A stretch of 64,000 nucleotides of DNA from contig NC_042999.1 of the NCBI RefSeq assembly GCF_006345805.1, forward strand, positions 157,728,001 to 157,792,000, in the 5' to 3' direction. The DNA comes from Octopus sinensis (Eukaryota). Made by a program: the position numbers and the translations under genes. Below, in pieces: positions 36,832 through 51,055 of this stretch (positions are counted from its first letter, which is position 1; the number at the start of each line of letters is the position of its first letter). The notes below the pieces were generated by a model. That model ran no database searches and was not told the origin of the DNA. It saw nothing but the letters and a program-made list of their open reading frames with translations.

Positions 36832-37573
36832 TATTCATCTGTTGATGAATGATTGTATTTGCTTATTTGACTTAACTGTTGTTCGCCATGTCTCAGCCCC
36901 ATTTTTAGTGTTAAAAATTCTTATTTTGTTCTTTATTGAAATTACACTTGCGCTCCATACTTTTTTTAACAGGTGAAAAGCGGTCCTTGCCTTACTTATG
37001 TTTCAGAACATACATAAAATAGTTTAAGGTACTTTCTGGAAGATATGGATGTTTTCCCAACAATGTGTATCTGCTATGAAGAAATTACAACGGTTAGTTC
37101 AATCATGCATGTAAATATACATAAGACTTGTTGTTTGAGAGGATTAGGCAGTTATTTCTAAGAGGTCGAGATACATTATAAATGCATCTCTGCTGATTTT
37201 CTCTGTCTGTCTATCTATCTATCTGTCTCTCCCGCTTCATCCTCTTCTCTCTCTCTCTCTCTCTCTCGAACACACACAAATTCATACATAAGACAGTGTG
37301 GTTTGAGAAATAACTAGCTGTTATTTCTAGCACGTTTAGCTGTTTCGTAATTGCTATTGGCTCAAGCACAAATAACTACATGCATATGACACTGGGTTGT
37401 CATACGTTTGTAGCCATGTATAGATATTCTTTCAATGGCTCATACATACACATCTTCATAGAGAAGACAGTAAGTAATTCAGCTAATATTTATTGGAGGT
37501 AGTTGCTATCACACTGAGAACTGTCTTGTTGCTTCATACATATAGACATACCTAAGGCAATAGGAAGAGACCG

Positions 37574-37593
37574 TTGTTGAATAGTTTGCAAAG

Positions 37594-37626
<33 letters not shown>

Positions 37627-37686
37627 AATATATATGTATATATATATATATGTATATGTATATATATATATGTGTATATATATATA

Positions 37687-37785
<99 letters not shown>

Positions 37786-37786
37786 G
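37574..37786. repeat. (TA)n microsatellite
   Basis: Direct reading. Confidence 0.95.
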
Positions 37787-38092
37787 CAGTCACTTGTCAT
37801 AGAAAACATTCTTCTGCTGTCAATTAAAGTGTCTATTTTGTTCATGTAAACGTCTATGTCATATTGTGAACATATTTTGACTTATCTGCTTTTACTGATG
37901 GTGTTTGTGAGTATAAAAAGAGAAGCACAGAGTTATATTATTATATCGAAGACTTCCATTAGACTGACACTTTTAGTCTTCACAACATCTATGCAAAAAA
38001 GTTATTCTCGGTATTTACATATTGTCATCTCTTAGCAGTCTATATTTAGAAACATAATTTTAATCAAAGCTATTTGTTAATAATTCTGTATT

Positions 38093-38905
38093 TAAAGACG
38101 GTAAGCTGGCAGAAACGTTAGCACGCCGAGTGAAATGCCTAGTGGTATTTCGTCTGCCGTTATGTTCTGAGTTCAAATTCCGCCGAGGTCGACTTTGCCT
38201 TTCATCCTTTCGGGGTCGATAAATTAAGTACCAGTTACGCACTGGGATCGATATAATCGACTTAATCCGTTTGTCTGTCCTTGTTTGTCCTCTCTGTGTT
38301 TAGCCCCTTGTGGGTAGTAAAGAAATAAAAATAGGTATTTCGTCTGTCTTTACGTACTGAGTTCAAATTCCGCCGAGGTCGACTTTGCCTTTCATCCTTT
38401 CAGGATCGATAAATTAAGTACCAGTTACGCACTGGGGTCGATATAATCGACTTAATACGTTTGTCTGTCTTTGTTTTTTCCTCTCTGTGTTTGATCCCTT
38501 GTGGGTAGTAAAGAAATAGGTATTTCGTCTGCCGTTACGTTCTGAGTTCAAATTCCACCGAGGTCGACTTTGCCTTTTATCCTCTTGAGGATGCGTACTG
38601 TGGTCGATCTAATCAAAATTTTTGGTCCCTCCCCCAAAATTTTGGGCCTTGTGTCTAGAGAAGAAAAAAAAAATTCTCTATTTAATGGTGGCGAGATGGC
38701 AGAAACGTTAGCACGCCGAGCAAAATGCTTCTCGGCAATTCCTTCCGTCCGTTTCCACGTTTCGAGTTCAAACACCGTTGAGGTCGACTTTACCTTTCAT
38801 CTTTTCGAGGTCGATAAAATAAATAGCAGTCGAGAACTGGATCGATGTAATCGTCTTATCACCTACCCCGAAATTGCTGGCCTTGTACCAAAATTTGAAA
38901 TCAAT
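38093..38905 (+). mobile_element. SINE C multimer ending in a C' tail (38093-38650), then C' (38685-38905)
   Basis: Junctions at 38333/38334 and 38518/38519. Confidence 0.85.
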
Positions 38906-39168
38906 AATTCTGTATTTAAATTCCTTTGTCTTGTGCTATTTTACCGTTTCTATTATTGTTGCTGATGCTTTGTTGTTTTACCCAAATCAGTTCTGATCGA
39001 GTTGATCTTAACCATTTAAAAGGTCTTCCAGCCGTGACAGTCACATTTGTTTTTACTTAAGACTACGTTGCATTGTGTAACGTGTTCGGTATTACTCAAG
39101 TCCGTAGAATTTGATTTGAGGGGTCACTCAAGAACATTTCCTGTCTATTTATGTCTATATAATATCTA

Positions 39169-39570
39169 GGCGTAGGAGTGGTAAGTAGCTTGCTTACCAA
39201 CCACATGGTTCCGGGTTCAGTTCCACTGCGTGGCACTTTCAGCAAGTGTCTTCTACTATTGGCTCGGGCCGACCAAAGCCTTGTGAGTGGATTTGGTAGA
39301 CGGAAACTGAAAGAAACCCGTCGTATATATGTATATATATATATTTATGTGTGTGAATATGTTTGTGTGTGTCTGTGTTTGTCCTCCTAAGATCGCTTGA
39401 CAACCGATGCTGGTGTGTTTACGTCCCCGTCACTTAGCGGTTCGGCAAAAGAGACCGAATAAGTACTAGGCGTACAAAGAATAAGTCCTGGGGTCGATTT
39501 GCTCGACTAAAGGCGGTGCACCAGCATGGCCACAGTCAAATGACTGAAACAAGTAAAAGAGTAAAATAAA
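39169..39570 (+). mobile_element. SINE family A
   Basis: Family motifs. Confidence 0.9.
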
Positions 39571-39895
39571 AGAGCTGTCTCTTTTCTACTAATCCAGCGT
39601 GTTTTTGTGAGAAAGACAGAGAGAGGAGGAGGAGAGAAAGAGGGAGAGAGAAAGAGAGAGAGAGAAAGGGAGAGTAGGAGAGAGAGAAAGCGATCGATCG
39701 ATAGATAGATTAATAAATAATTAGATAGACAGACTGAGGAACGAACATGTTTTGATTCCACGTTGATGTCATTTCAAGTCCTTCGCTTACTCACACAGCC
39801 ACTCTTTTCCCGACTTACTGCCTTTTCTACATTCTGTCAATAAAATTCCTGTACACTTTTCTATCTTTCTCCATCCACCTTCTTGATAGATCTAT

Positions 39896-40137
39896 CTTTT
39901 ACTTGTTTCAGACATTAGACTGCGGCCCTGCTGGGGTACTCTTTGAAGAACTTTTAGTCGAATGAACCAATCCCAATACTTAATATTTTTTTTTTGTTTT
40001 AAGCCTCGTACATGGTGCTTACTCTATCGGTTTATATTGACGAGCCGCTAAAATACGGGGATGTAAACACACTAACACCGGTTGTCAAGCAGTGGTAGGG
40101 GACAAATGCAAACACACATTCACACACACACACTCAC

Positions 40138-40185
<48 letters not shown>

Positions 40186-40348
40186 GTATATACGACGGGC
40201 TTCTTTCAGTTTCTGTCTACCAAATCCACTCACAAGGCTTTGGTCGGTCTGAGGCTAAAGTAGAAGACACTTGCCCAAGGTATCATGCAGTGGGACTGAA
40301 CCCGAAACCATGTGGTTGGGAAGCAAGCTTGTTACCACATAGCTACGC
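39896..40348 (-). mobile_element. SINE family A with (CA)n core
   Basis: Family motifs. Confidence 0.85.
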
Positions 40349-40399
40349 CCCTGTGTATTTTGATGATTCCATTACTATTTTTCAAATTAAATGTTATAT

Positions 40400-40808
40400 A
40401 GGAGTGACTATGTGGTGAGTAGCTTGCTTACCAACCACATGCTTCCGGGTTCAGTCCCACTGCGTGGCACCTTGGGCAAAGTGTCTTCTACAGTAGCCTC
40501 AGGCCGACCAAAGTAGCCTTGTGAGTGGATTTGGTAGGCGGAAACTGAAAGAAGCCCGCCGTATATATGTATATGTATAAATATATGTGTGTGTGTTTGT
40601 GTGTCTGTGTTTATCGCCCCCAACATCGCTTGACAACCGATGCTGGTGTGTTTACATCCCCATAACTTAGCGGTTCAGCAAAAGGGAACGATAGAATAAG
40701 TACTAGGCTTACAAAGAATAAGTCCTGGAGTCGATTTGCTCGACTAAAAGGCGCTGCCCCAGCATGGCCGCAGTCAAATGACTGAAACAAGTAAAAGAGT
40801 AAAGAGTA
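40400..40808 (+). mobile_element. SINE family A
   Basis: Family motifs. Confidence 0.9.
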
Positions 40809-40899
40809 ATATGATAACAGTACATATGATTTTTTGATGGTTCATATTACAATATTTAAATACAAATTGTGAACACAGACCACACTTCTCTCTCTCTCA

Positions 40900-40950
<51 letters not shown>

Positions 40951-41003
40951 ATATATATATATATTTATCACTGTGTGTGTGACTGTTTTTTATTTCACGC
41001 ACG

Positions 41004-41053
<50 letters not shown>

Positions 41054-41931
41054 GTCTGTCTGTCTGTCTGTCTGCCTGCCTGCCTGCCTGTCTGTCTGTC
41101 TGTCTGTCTGCTTGTCTGTCTGTCACTCTTTCTATCTATCTAAATGTGTATGTGTATGTACACATACATATGAGACTGTCTTTCTATAACATGTACGCTA
41201 AGGCTAAATATACGACAAAGTTAATCCGGTTGTGAAGAAAACAATGGAAAGAAACAAAGAAAAATAGAAAAAAAAAAGAAACAAAAATGCAACAGCCATA
41301 GGAAAATGAAGTAATGTAAATTATCTTTTTAGTGTCTTATTTCTAATCGGATTTTACCTTGCTTAGCTCGGTTACAAGTATGCACAAGATTGGATCCTTC
41401 CCAGCTTTTGTTGATATAAGTATACGCAAGACTGGATTGTATGTACCCTACTTTGTTTTATTTTTTAATACAAGTATGTACAAGCCTGGACTGAATGATT
41501 GAGAAGGAAAGAAAACTGCAGATTTGCTACGAATAATTAATTCTGAAATTTCAAGATAGAGCATGTTTCAAATTGGCTTCGTATCTTCCAGTCAAACACT
41601 GTTGAAAGATCATTTTGAACTGAGAAAAGAGACAAACCCACCCCGAAAACAATAAAACAATAATAAAAGAAAAACCAACAAGAACAGAACAAAATAAAAG
41701 TAAATCAATTAACGACAAACGATAAAATGTAGTAAAAATACAGGATGAATAAATAAAGTTTAAAATTACGATTTTGGAGACGAGATGGCGTTTCAGGTAA
41801 CAGAAACAACAAAATGGTGAATGAAAAGAAATTAAAAATAAGGATAAAAGTATTAACAGATAGAAAGATACGTCGACAAGGAAACAAAGATATACATACA
41901 CACATGCATACATACACACATACATGTTTAC

Positions 41932-41987
<56 letters not shown>

Positions 41988-42054
41988 ATATATATATATT
42001 ACTGTTGATAAATGCTGCGTGGCGTCACACACACACACACACACATACACACAC

Positions 42055-42094
<40 letters not shown>

Positions 42095-42664
42095 CGAAAG
42101 AGAAAGGAGGTGAGAAAAGAAGAAATAGAAATCGACAGTGTGAAAAATTCAAAGAAAAAAAACATTATTTTCCCCTTAGTCCTCATTTTTCGTTTTTTCC
42201 TCCCCTTGTTTTTAATAACGCCACAGTGAAACTTGTTAATACATCCATTCTGAATCAGTTTTGCAATGAAGCGATATATGATATGAGTGGAGTATGTATC
42301 CGACCCTTCTTTTTTTCTACCTTCCAGCAATCAATATTTTCGATCAAGTTATGAACACGGAGCAGGGAACAATTTTTTTATATACTTTTTAACAAATAAA
42401 TGGTTGGTGTATTGACAGAAAAAGTAGAGCGCCGATTAAATGCCTTGTAGTTCAAATTGTATTGAGATTGAATTTGCTTTTCATTTCTAGTGACGGAGAG
42501 GGATTGTCAATAAAAGGGAATACCACCTGTTTTATAGGCTGTCTTATTTGACAAAATCTTTTTCTACAAAATGGCGTCCATGTGTGAATGTAAGCTAAGA
42601 AAAGTTTTTATACATGTAGCTGAAAAAATGACGATGAGAATATAATTCACGTAGACTATATATT

Positions 42665-43110
42665 TTACTTTTTATCTTTTACTTGTGTTAGTCATTTGAA
42701 TGTGGCTACGCTGGGGCACGGCCTTGGTTTTTTTTTCTCGAACAAATCAACCCGAGGACTTATTATTTTTGTGTTAAGCTTAGCACTTATTCTATCGTTC
42801 TCTTTTACCAAACCACCAAGATACGGGGACACAAATACACCAATACCTGTTGTCAAGCGGTGGTGAGGGATAAACGCACACACACACACACACACGTGCG
42901 CGCACACACATGTGCGCGCACACACACGCACACACTCATATATGTGTGTGTGATGGGCTTCTCTCAGTTTCCGTCTACCAAATACACTCACATGACTTAG
43001 GTCAGCCAGAGGCCACAGTAGAAGACATACTCTTCCAAGGTGTCATACAATCGGTCTGAATCCGGAAACACATGGTTGAGAAACCAGCTGCTTACTACAC
43101 AGCGAACTAG
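42665..43110 (-). mobile_element. SINE family A, older copy
   Basis: Diverged family motifs. Confidence 0.75.
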
Positions 43111-43288
43111 CACAGTTTTTCTCACTTCTAAGAACATATGTAAAAAAAGACTGGAAGAAATTAACAAACATTATTACAACGCATGCTGTAAAAACGACTC
43201 CACTGAAATAGACGTAGGTAGGGCTATGTGCTGAAGTTCACCCCGCCACTACTTGGTTTGAGTTCAATCCGACCTATGCAGCATCTTG

Positions 43289-43791
43289 AGGTTGCTAATA
43301 AAATTTCAGGATAATTTTTGATGTTTAACAACCAATATTCTTTTCTCTGTTGGATTCAAAGTTAATTTTTCCCATAATTTGTCTAATTTGATAATTTTCG
43401 ATTTTCAAAAAAAAGAAATATCTGAAGTGGGGCAAAATGAGTAATAACTAATTTCAATCATTTTATTCTTTTTAACTACAAGATGCGTAAATATATCAAG
43501 AATAGAGCCATCCCAGCAGATCGTGAAGAATCTATAAAGAATATTTTATGTTGAGGTTTTACATTTAGTAGACCTTTGTTAATTTCATATCATGTACCAT
43601 TTTTTCATGATCTTTGAATTTGAATTAAATGTTTAAAATTTTTGTTGCGCTGCTGATCTTTTTGATATCTAAGGGTAAATATTGATTTGTATAAGTCTTT
43701 TCTCATATGTAATTCTGGAGAATTGAAGAGGCAAGTTTACCTTATCTCGTCTTCTTAATTTTTCCCCACCTAAATTTGTCATTTGTATGCT
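43289..43791 (+). repeat. Local ~500-bp duplication, copy 1
   Basis: Collinear with 46032-46385 plus 46819-46980. Confidence 0.9.
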
Positions 43792-44576
43792 ATAATCTCG
43801 ATTAGAAATTTATGGTATGATATTTTAGTAGATGGAAATTATTGGCACCTCATTCAAGGAGCATTTCTATTAATGGGTGGTAGACTTAATCTGTCGCTCA
43901 CCCAGTTTAAGATCATTTCCTTGTCATGAGTGCCTTAAGCCAGCAGTTTCCAAACGGTCAGATATTTGCTACATAATCCCACTAAATAATCAATTATACG
44001 CATCCCACCAAAAACTGCGATTTTATATCACCAATATAAGAAATCATTATCAAACACATAACACAGATATAAGGTTTGCAGTATATAATTACTCCCCATT
44101 ATAATCTTAGTTAATTTCCTACTAAAGCTGATCGTACATTTTATCTTGTCAGAGTTGTTAGAATAAATACCAGCTAAATTTTAAAAGTTGTAAATGAAAC
44201 CTGTTTCAAGCTCGCAGGCTCATTAAGCAGAACTTACCCTGGTTTCTGTTAAGCGACTGGCAGTATTAGACTATCCGTAGCACTGAATACCAATCCATTG
44301 TAATGTTAACCTCCAGCTGTTAATGATACTCAGATTTAGATGAGTGGGCTCCTTTTAAGGAGACCAATCAGTTGCAAAATTCGAGACAAAATGGGAAGTT
44401 TATTAATGAAAAGACAAAATAATTTGCATCCATACAAATCATTCTTCAGCATGGTGTAGAAATTAAATAATATAATGCATGTTGCGCAGCACCCTACCGT
44501 TTCTACTAATCTCCTTTTCATAGTATTATTCATAGCGATTTCTTACATATGAGCACGACCAGCCATTTTGGGATAT

Positions 44577-44987
44577 ACTCTTTTACTCTTTTACTTGTTT
44601 CAGTCATTTGACTGCGGCCATGCTGGAGCACCGCCTTTAATCGAGCAACTCGACCCCGGGACTTATTCTTTTGTAAGCCCAGTACTTATTCTATCGGTCT
44701 CTTTTGCCGAACCGCTAAGTAACGGGGACGTAAACACACCAGCATCGGTTGTCAAGCAATGCTAGGGGGACAAACACAGACACACAAACACACACGCACA
44801 CACATATATATATACATATATACGACGGGCTTCTTTCAGTTTCCGTCTACCAAATCCACACACAAGGCATTGGTCGGCCCGGGACTATAGCAGAAGACAC
44901 TTGCCCAAGACGCCACGCAGTGGGACTGAACCCGGAACCATGTGGTTGGTTAGCAAGCTACTTACCACACAGCCACTCCTGTGCCTA
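44577..44987 (-). mobile_element. SINE family A
   Basis: Family motifs. Confidence 0.9.
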
Positions 44988-46031
44988 TTTATTTATCTGT
45001 TTGTATTATATCTGCAATAATAAGAATTTCGTGTGTTGCTGGTGTGATGCTGCAATTCTTGTGGGAAAGAACTATAGTCGGTTATAGCTATCACTAACAA
45101 TTGACTGTTACTTATTTTATCGACCCCTGAAACGAACAAAATAAAGCCGAGGTCGATTTAAATTGAAAGTGTAACAGGTTATACTGATTCTCTAAACCTA
45201 AAACCCTTTAAAAAGAGCGATGGGGGATTAAATGCTTTTAGAAAGGAAATAACTTATTCATGAGAAATAGTTTCCTTTTGTGATAATAATGGTAATAATT
45301 ACAAACACGGGCAATATATCTATAAAATCATCAATTTAGTTGAAATTTCTGGAAGATATTGTTGTCATGGTATAATATAAACATCTTAGTTCACGATAGA
45401 TGAATGCTTTATCGGGCGGAAGAATTTATAAGCCCGGAGGCTACATTGTCGTATTAAACATTTGTAATTTTAATTCTCGTTTTAAATCTGTCAATGTGTA
45501 CATATAAGTGTACATATAAGACGTGTCTATGTTACGTATGTATGCGTGCCTGCTTGTCTAATTGTCTTACATGCTGACACGACTAACGCAGAAAACTTAA
45601 CACTGTAGTTGAATGATTTATACTGTCACGAACTAGGTTTACATTTTCATTTGTTTATGAAATTTACTGAGTCACAACTGAGTCGGAAGTCGGACAACTG
45701 ATCAGACGGATCGACGGCTCGTATCATGTCACCAGCCTGTGTTATAGCTGAGACCAAGCTTCTTAACAATGGCAAACACAGTCTTTCTACTCGTAAACAG
45801 TTATCATGTGAAGGTATATGGGGCAAAATGAGTAATTTCTGATTCCTATTTTCCCGCTGTCTCTTTGAAACCATTACATTGAAAATATTGTACCATCATT
45901 TTATCATCTCTAAGAGTAAAAATTAGTTAGCATAATTGTTGTTGTTGAAGTTGAGAAAGTCCGACACATTGTCAGGTGACAGGTACTGTTTTTCAACAAA
46001 TGTTTCTTCAGCTTTGATTCGATTGCAATTA

Positions 46032-46980
46032 AGGTTGCTAATAAAATATCTGGATAAATTTTGATGTTTAACAACCAATATTCTTTTCTCTGTTGGATTC
46101 AAAGTTAATTTTTCCCATACTGTCTAATTTGATAAGTTTCAATTTTCAAAAAAAAAAAAAAAAAAGAAATATCTGAAGTGGGGCAAAATGAGTAATAATT
46201 CATTTCAATCATTTTATTCGTTTTATCTTGCAAGATGCGTAAATATATCAAGAATAGAGCCATCCCAGCAGATCGTGAAGAATCTATAAAGAATATTCTA
46301 TGTTGAGGTTTTAGATTTAGTAGACCTTTGTTAATTTCAAATCATGTACCATTCTTTCATGATCTTTGAATTTGAATTAAATATTACTCTCTCTCTTTTA
46401 CTCTTTTACTTGTTTCAGTCATTTTTACTGCGGCCATGCTGGAGCACCGCCTTTTTAGTCGGGCAAATCGACCCCGGGACTTATTCTTTGGAAGCCCAGT
46501 ACTTATTCTATCAGTCTCTTTTGCCGAACCGCTAAGTAACGGGGACGTAAACACACCAGCATCGGTTGTCAAGCAATGCTAGGGGGACAAACACAGACAT
46601 ACAAACACACACACAGACACACAAACACACACGCATACATACATATATATATATACGACAGGCTTCTTTCAGTTTCCGTCTACCAAATCCACTCACAAGG
46701 CATTGGTCGGCCTGGGGCTATATCAGAAGACACTTGCCCAAGATGCCACGCAGTGGGACTGAACCCGGAACCATGTGGTTGGTTAGCAAGCTACTTACCA
46801 CACAGCCACTCCTGCGCCTATTTAAAATTTTTGTTGTACTTCTGATCTTTTTGATGTCTAAGGGTAGATATTGATTTGTATAAGTCTTTTCTCAAATATA
46901 ATTCTGGAGAACTGAAGAGGCAGATTTACCTTATCTCGTCTTATTAATTTTTCCCCACCTAAATTTGTCATTTGTATGCT
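46032..46980 (+). repeat. Local duplication, copy 2, with SINE A (-) inserted at 46386-46818
   Basis: Same sequence as 43289-43791 apart from the SINE. Confidence 0.9.
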
Positions 46981-47248
46981 CAAAATAACTAGAAATTACA
47001 GGCACTGCATAAATACAAAATATAGTCAAGAGAATAAAACAACGTAGAAATAATTTCAAAATATCACAAGTATCACATTTGGACAATAAGAAGTAACAAC
47101 AGCTGTAGTCTATAAACTATATATTTTGATCGAAAATGGATTATCCTACCCCTTCCTTCCCCTCCATCTCTTTTCACTATAAAGAATACGAAACAGCACT
47201 CATTATCACAGGTTGCACAGAGTTCAATTACAAAAGAAAACAAAAATG

Positions 47249-48239
47249 GGATCTTTTCGGTTTGAACGGCAGTTTTTAACATAATTTCTAGGTAACTAAA
47301 AAGTTTTAAACTTCGTATACTGGTAGAATGTGTTTATAAAACATCTTTTTCTCTTGGCTTTATTGAAAAAATTCTATAGTTTGTAAGATATTTGTTGTTT
47401 TTTTCTTCAATTTCTGCAATTTCAACCAATCAGTGACTCCATAGTGGTAAAAAAACATTCTGTGCCGTATGAATATGTCCCTCGTTTAAGAAACAGATTG
47501 GGTTTATTTACATTTGTGAATAAAAAAAGATACCCTTCCCCCACCCGTAACCCTAACCCTAACCTGCTCACAGCAGCCATATTCCCACCGCTCTATGTCA
47601 CACTGGTGAGACCCATATTGGAGTACGGGATTCAACCCTCTTCTCCTTATCTCCTCAAAGACATACATCATCTCGAAAGAATCCAGAAGCTGGCTACCCG
47701 CATGGTTCTTGGTCTCAAGCATTTGTCTTATGAAGAAAGGCTGAAGACGCTCGACCTTTATTCTCTAGAAAAACGACGACGCCGTGGTGATCTCATTCTT
47801 GCTCACAACATCATAAGCGGAAAGTGTAACCTCTCGAAAGAGCTGTTCTTCACTCCTGCTCCAGAGCGTCGGCTGCGGGGTCACTCCGAAAAGCTCTATC
47901 TGCGACGATTTCATCTCAATCGAAGGAGAAGGGCTTTCTCCGTCCGGGTTGCGGATCCGTGGAATAAGCTGCCGGACGAGATAGTGAAGATGCCGACGAC
48001 CGCTCAGTTCAAAGTCTCTCCTGACCAGAAATGGCCTGAACTCTTTGCATGAACACCACCCTGTACATAACTCCATGTCCCCCTACATGACCTTGCTTTT
48101 TGCTTTTTGAGCCAAAAAATTAACTTAACTTAACTTAAAACAGATTGAAATACAATAGATCGATACTAGGGTCATAATTATGGGTGACAATTTCATATGA
48201 CACCGCTAGAAAAAACTGCCGTTCAAACCGAAAAGATCC
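47249..48239. mobile_element. MITE family E, copy 4 (reversed), split by a CR1 insertion
   Basis: TIRs; flanks caaaaatg / gaaaaatg. Confidence 0.9.
47564..48138 (+). mobile_element. CR1-like LINE 3' end, 5'-truncated, (TAACT)n tail
   Basis: LYVTLVRPILEYG..LERIQKLATRMV..SYEERLKTLDLYSLEKRRRRGDLI..RGHS..WNKLP. Confidence 0.92.
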
Positions 48240-48450
48240 GAAAAATGCTTTAAATGAAAAACTATATGACATAGAAGAGGTGCAGTTTGTTAAAGTAGTG
48301 AGTTTCAACTCTAATAGTCTCCACCATTATACGTATAATCACAGCAAAAGACAAAAAAACGGCAACATTACAAATATAAAATACTTCCACACAAATCTGA
48401 TAAACACACGCAGATATAACATTGTCACTTATCTTTGCATACATTTCACA

Positions 48451-48823
48451 GTGGAGGCGCAATGGCCCAGTGGTTAGGGCAGCGGACTCACGGTCATAGG
48501 ATCGTGGTTTCGATTCCCAGACCGGGCGTTGTGAGTGTTTATTGAGCGAAAACACCTAAAAGCTCCACGAGGCTCCGGCAGGGGATGGTGGTGATCCCTG
48601 CTGTACTCTTTCACCACAACTTTCTCTTCCTGTTTCTGTTGTACCTGTATTCCAAAGGGTCGGCCTTGTCACTCTCTGTGTCACGCTGAATATCCCCGAG
48701 AACTGCGTTAAGGGTACACGTGTCTGTGGAGTGCTCAGCCACTTACACGTTAATTTCACGAGCAGACTGTTCCGTTGATCGGATCAACCGGAACCCTCGT
48801 CGTCGTAATCGACGGAGTGCTTC
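48451..48823 (+). mobile_element. SINE D with 13-bp TSD
   Basis: catacatttcaca at 48438-48450 and 48824-48836. Confidence 0.92.
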
Positions 48824-48941
48824 CATACATTTCACAAAAGAGTAAAATGAGTGCAATGTATTATGCTGCAACCCATGTAATTCACACTGTTTACCGAAGA
48901 GTGCATTATGATTCTCAGTTAGGTGGAAGCGTGCCGTAACT

Positions 48942-49335
48942 TATTTCTTTATTGCCCACAAGGGGCTAAACATAGAGGAGACAAACAAGGACAGACAAAG
49001 AGATTAAGCCGATTATATCGACCCCAGTGCGTTACTGGTACTTAATTTATCGACCCCGAAAGGATGAAAGGCAAAATCGACCTCGGCGGAATTTGAACTG
49101 AGAACGTAACGGCAGACGAAATATCTATTTCTTTACTACACACAAGGGGCTAAACATAGAGGAGACAAACAAGGACAGACAAAGAGATTAAGCCGATTAC
49201 ATCGACCCCAGTGCGTTACTGGTACTAATTTATCGATCCCGAAAGGATGAAAGGCAAAGTCGACCTGGGCGGAATTTGAACTCAGAACGTAACGGCAGAC
49301 GAAATACCGTGCTAACGTTTCAGCCACTCGCCGTA
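48942..49335 (-). mobile_element. SINE C dimer
   Basis: Junction at 49125/49126; gccgtaact on both flanks. Confidence 0.88.
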
Positions 49336-49596
49336 ACTGATTAGCTGGATGAGTGGCTCGAACCTGCTCAAATGATGCTGTACCTTCTTATCATAACTCA
49401 GTTAAGTTAGGGTTGATCAGGAGTTATACAACAACACACATACATATATACGCATGTGCACACGTACACACACGCACACATATAGTACCTGCTATAATGA
49501 TATTATTTTCTGTTTTCTCTTAGACACACACATATCTATATCCATCCATCCATCCATCCATCCATCCATCCATCCATCCATCCATCTATCTGCCTG

Positions 49597-49650
<54 letters not shown>

Positions 49651-50094
49651 GATATGTATGTATTAACTGTCTTTATATAAGTCTATACGCAGTTGTACTT
49701 TGTCAAACAAAAGCATAAAAGCACTCAAGCGCATTTAGTTTAGAGGAGTGCAGTACCCTCTGTATGTGAGTCTAACACATAAAAAACACATACACACATA
49801 CAGAAACACTCATACATACACACTCATGCGCGCACGCGTATTTAACAAGGCTGTGTCCTGATTCTTGATGAGTGTCAGGTCCAAGTAAAATTCGATAGCT
49901 GTCATAAAAAGAACAGCGAAATGTCAAACTTCACTTAGCAAGTTAAAATGCTGAAAAATAACGGATCAGCTGAGTGTTTGGCTTTGATTCTGCATAAAGA
50001 AATGTTCGATCTATGACACTTGTCAAATGGGATGTTTAAAAGGTGTGCGTGGTTGATGAGACACAGGAAGCGAAATGAGTCGATGCCTTCGATA

Positions 50095-50431
50095 CTTGCA
50101 TACATACATACATACATACATACACACTTACATACATATGTACATACATACATACATGCATATATATATATATACAGATTTACATATATGTATGCATACA
50201 TATATACATACATAAATCCATCCATCCATCCATCAATATATATACATACATATAAACTGTCAAGAGTAGATATTATACTTTGCTCTTAGCCATATATAGA
50301 TATACATACATACATGTATACATACATACATACATGTATACATACATACATACATGCATATATACATATATACAGATTTACATATATGTATGCATACATA
50401 TATACATACATAAATCCATCCATCCATCCGT

Positions 50432-50478
<47 letters not shown>

Positions 50479-51055
50479 TAAACTGTTAAGAGTAGATATT
50501 ATACTTTGCTCTTAGCCATATATAGATATACATACATACATGTATACATACATACATACATGTATACATACATACATACATGCATATATACATATATACA
50601 GATTTACATATATGTATGCATACATATATACATACATAAATCCATCCATCCATCCGTCCATCAATATATATATATATATATATATATACATATTAAACTG
50701 TTAAGAGTAGATATTATACTTTGCTCTTAGCCATATATAGATATACATACATACATGTATACATACATACATACATGTATACATACATACATACATGCAT
50801 ATATACATATACAGATTTACATATATGTATGCATACATATATACATACATAAATCCATCCATCCATCCGTCCATCAATATATATATATATATTATATATA
50901 TATATATTATATATATATATATACATATAAACTGTTAAGAGTAGATATTATACTTGCTCTTAGCCATATATAGATATACATACATGTATACATATATGTA
51001 TACATAGATATACATACATACATACATACATACATACATACATACATACATACAA
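50095..51055. repeat. Tandem array of about four ~225-bp units built from microsatellites plus a unique spacer
   Basis: Spacer actgt(c/t)aagagtagatattatactttgctcttagcc at about 50256, 50482, 50697 and 50931. Confidence 0.9.

Noticed and set aside
3796-49327. Recurrent peptides such as MRNWYL..RPRKDERQSRPRRNLNSE and [24 protein letters not shown] that look like a gene family
   Set aside because: They are frames through SINE C and SINE A copies, with frame-breaking indels between copies.
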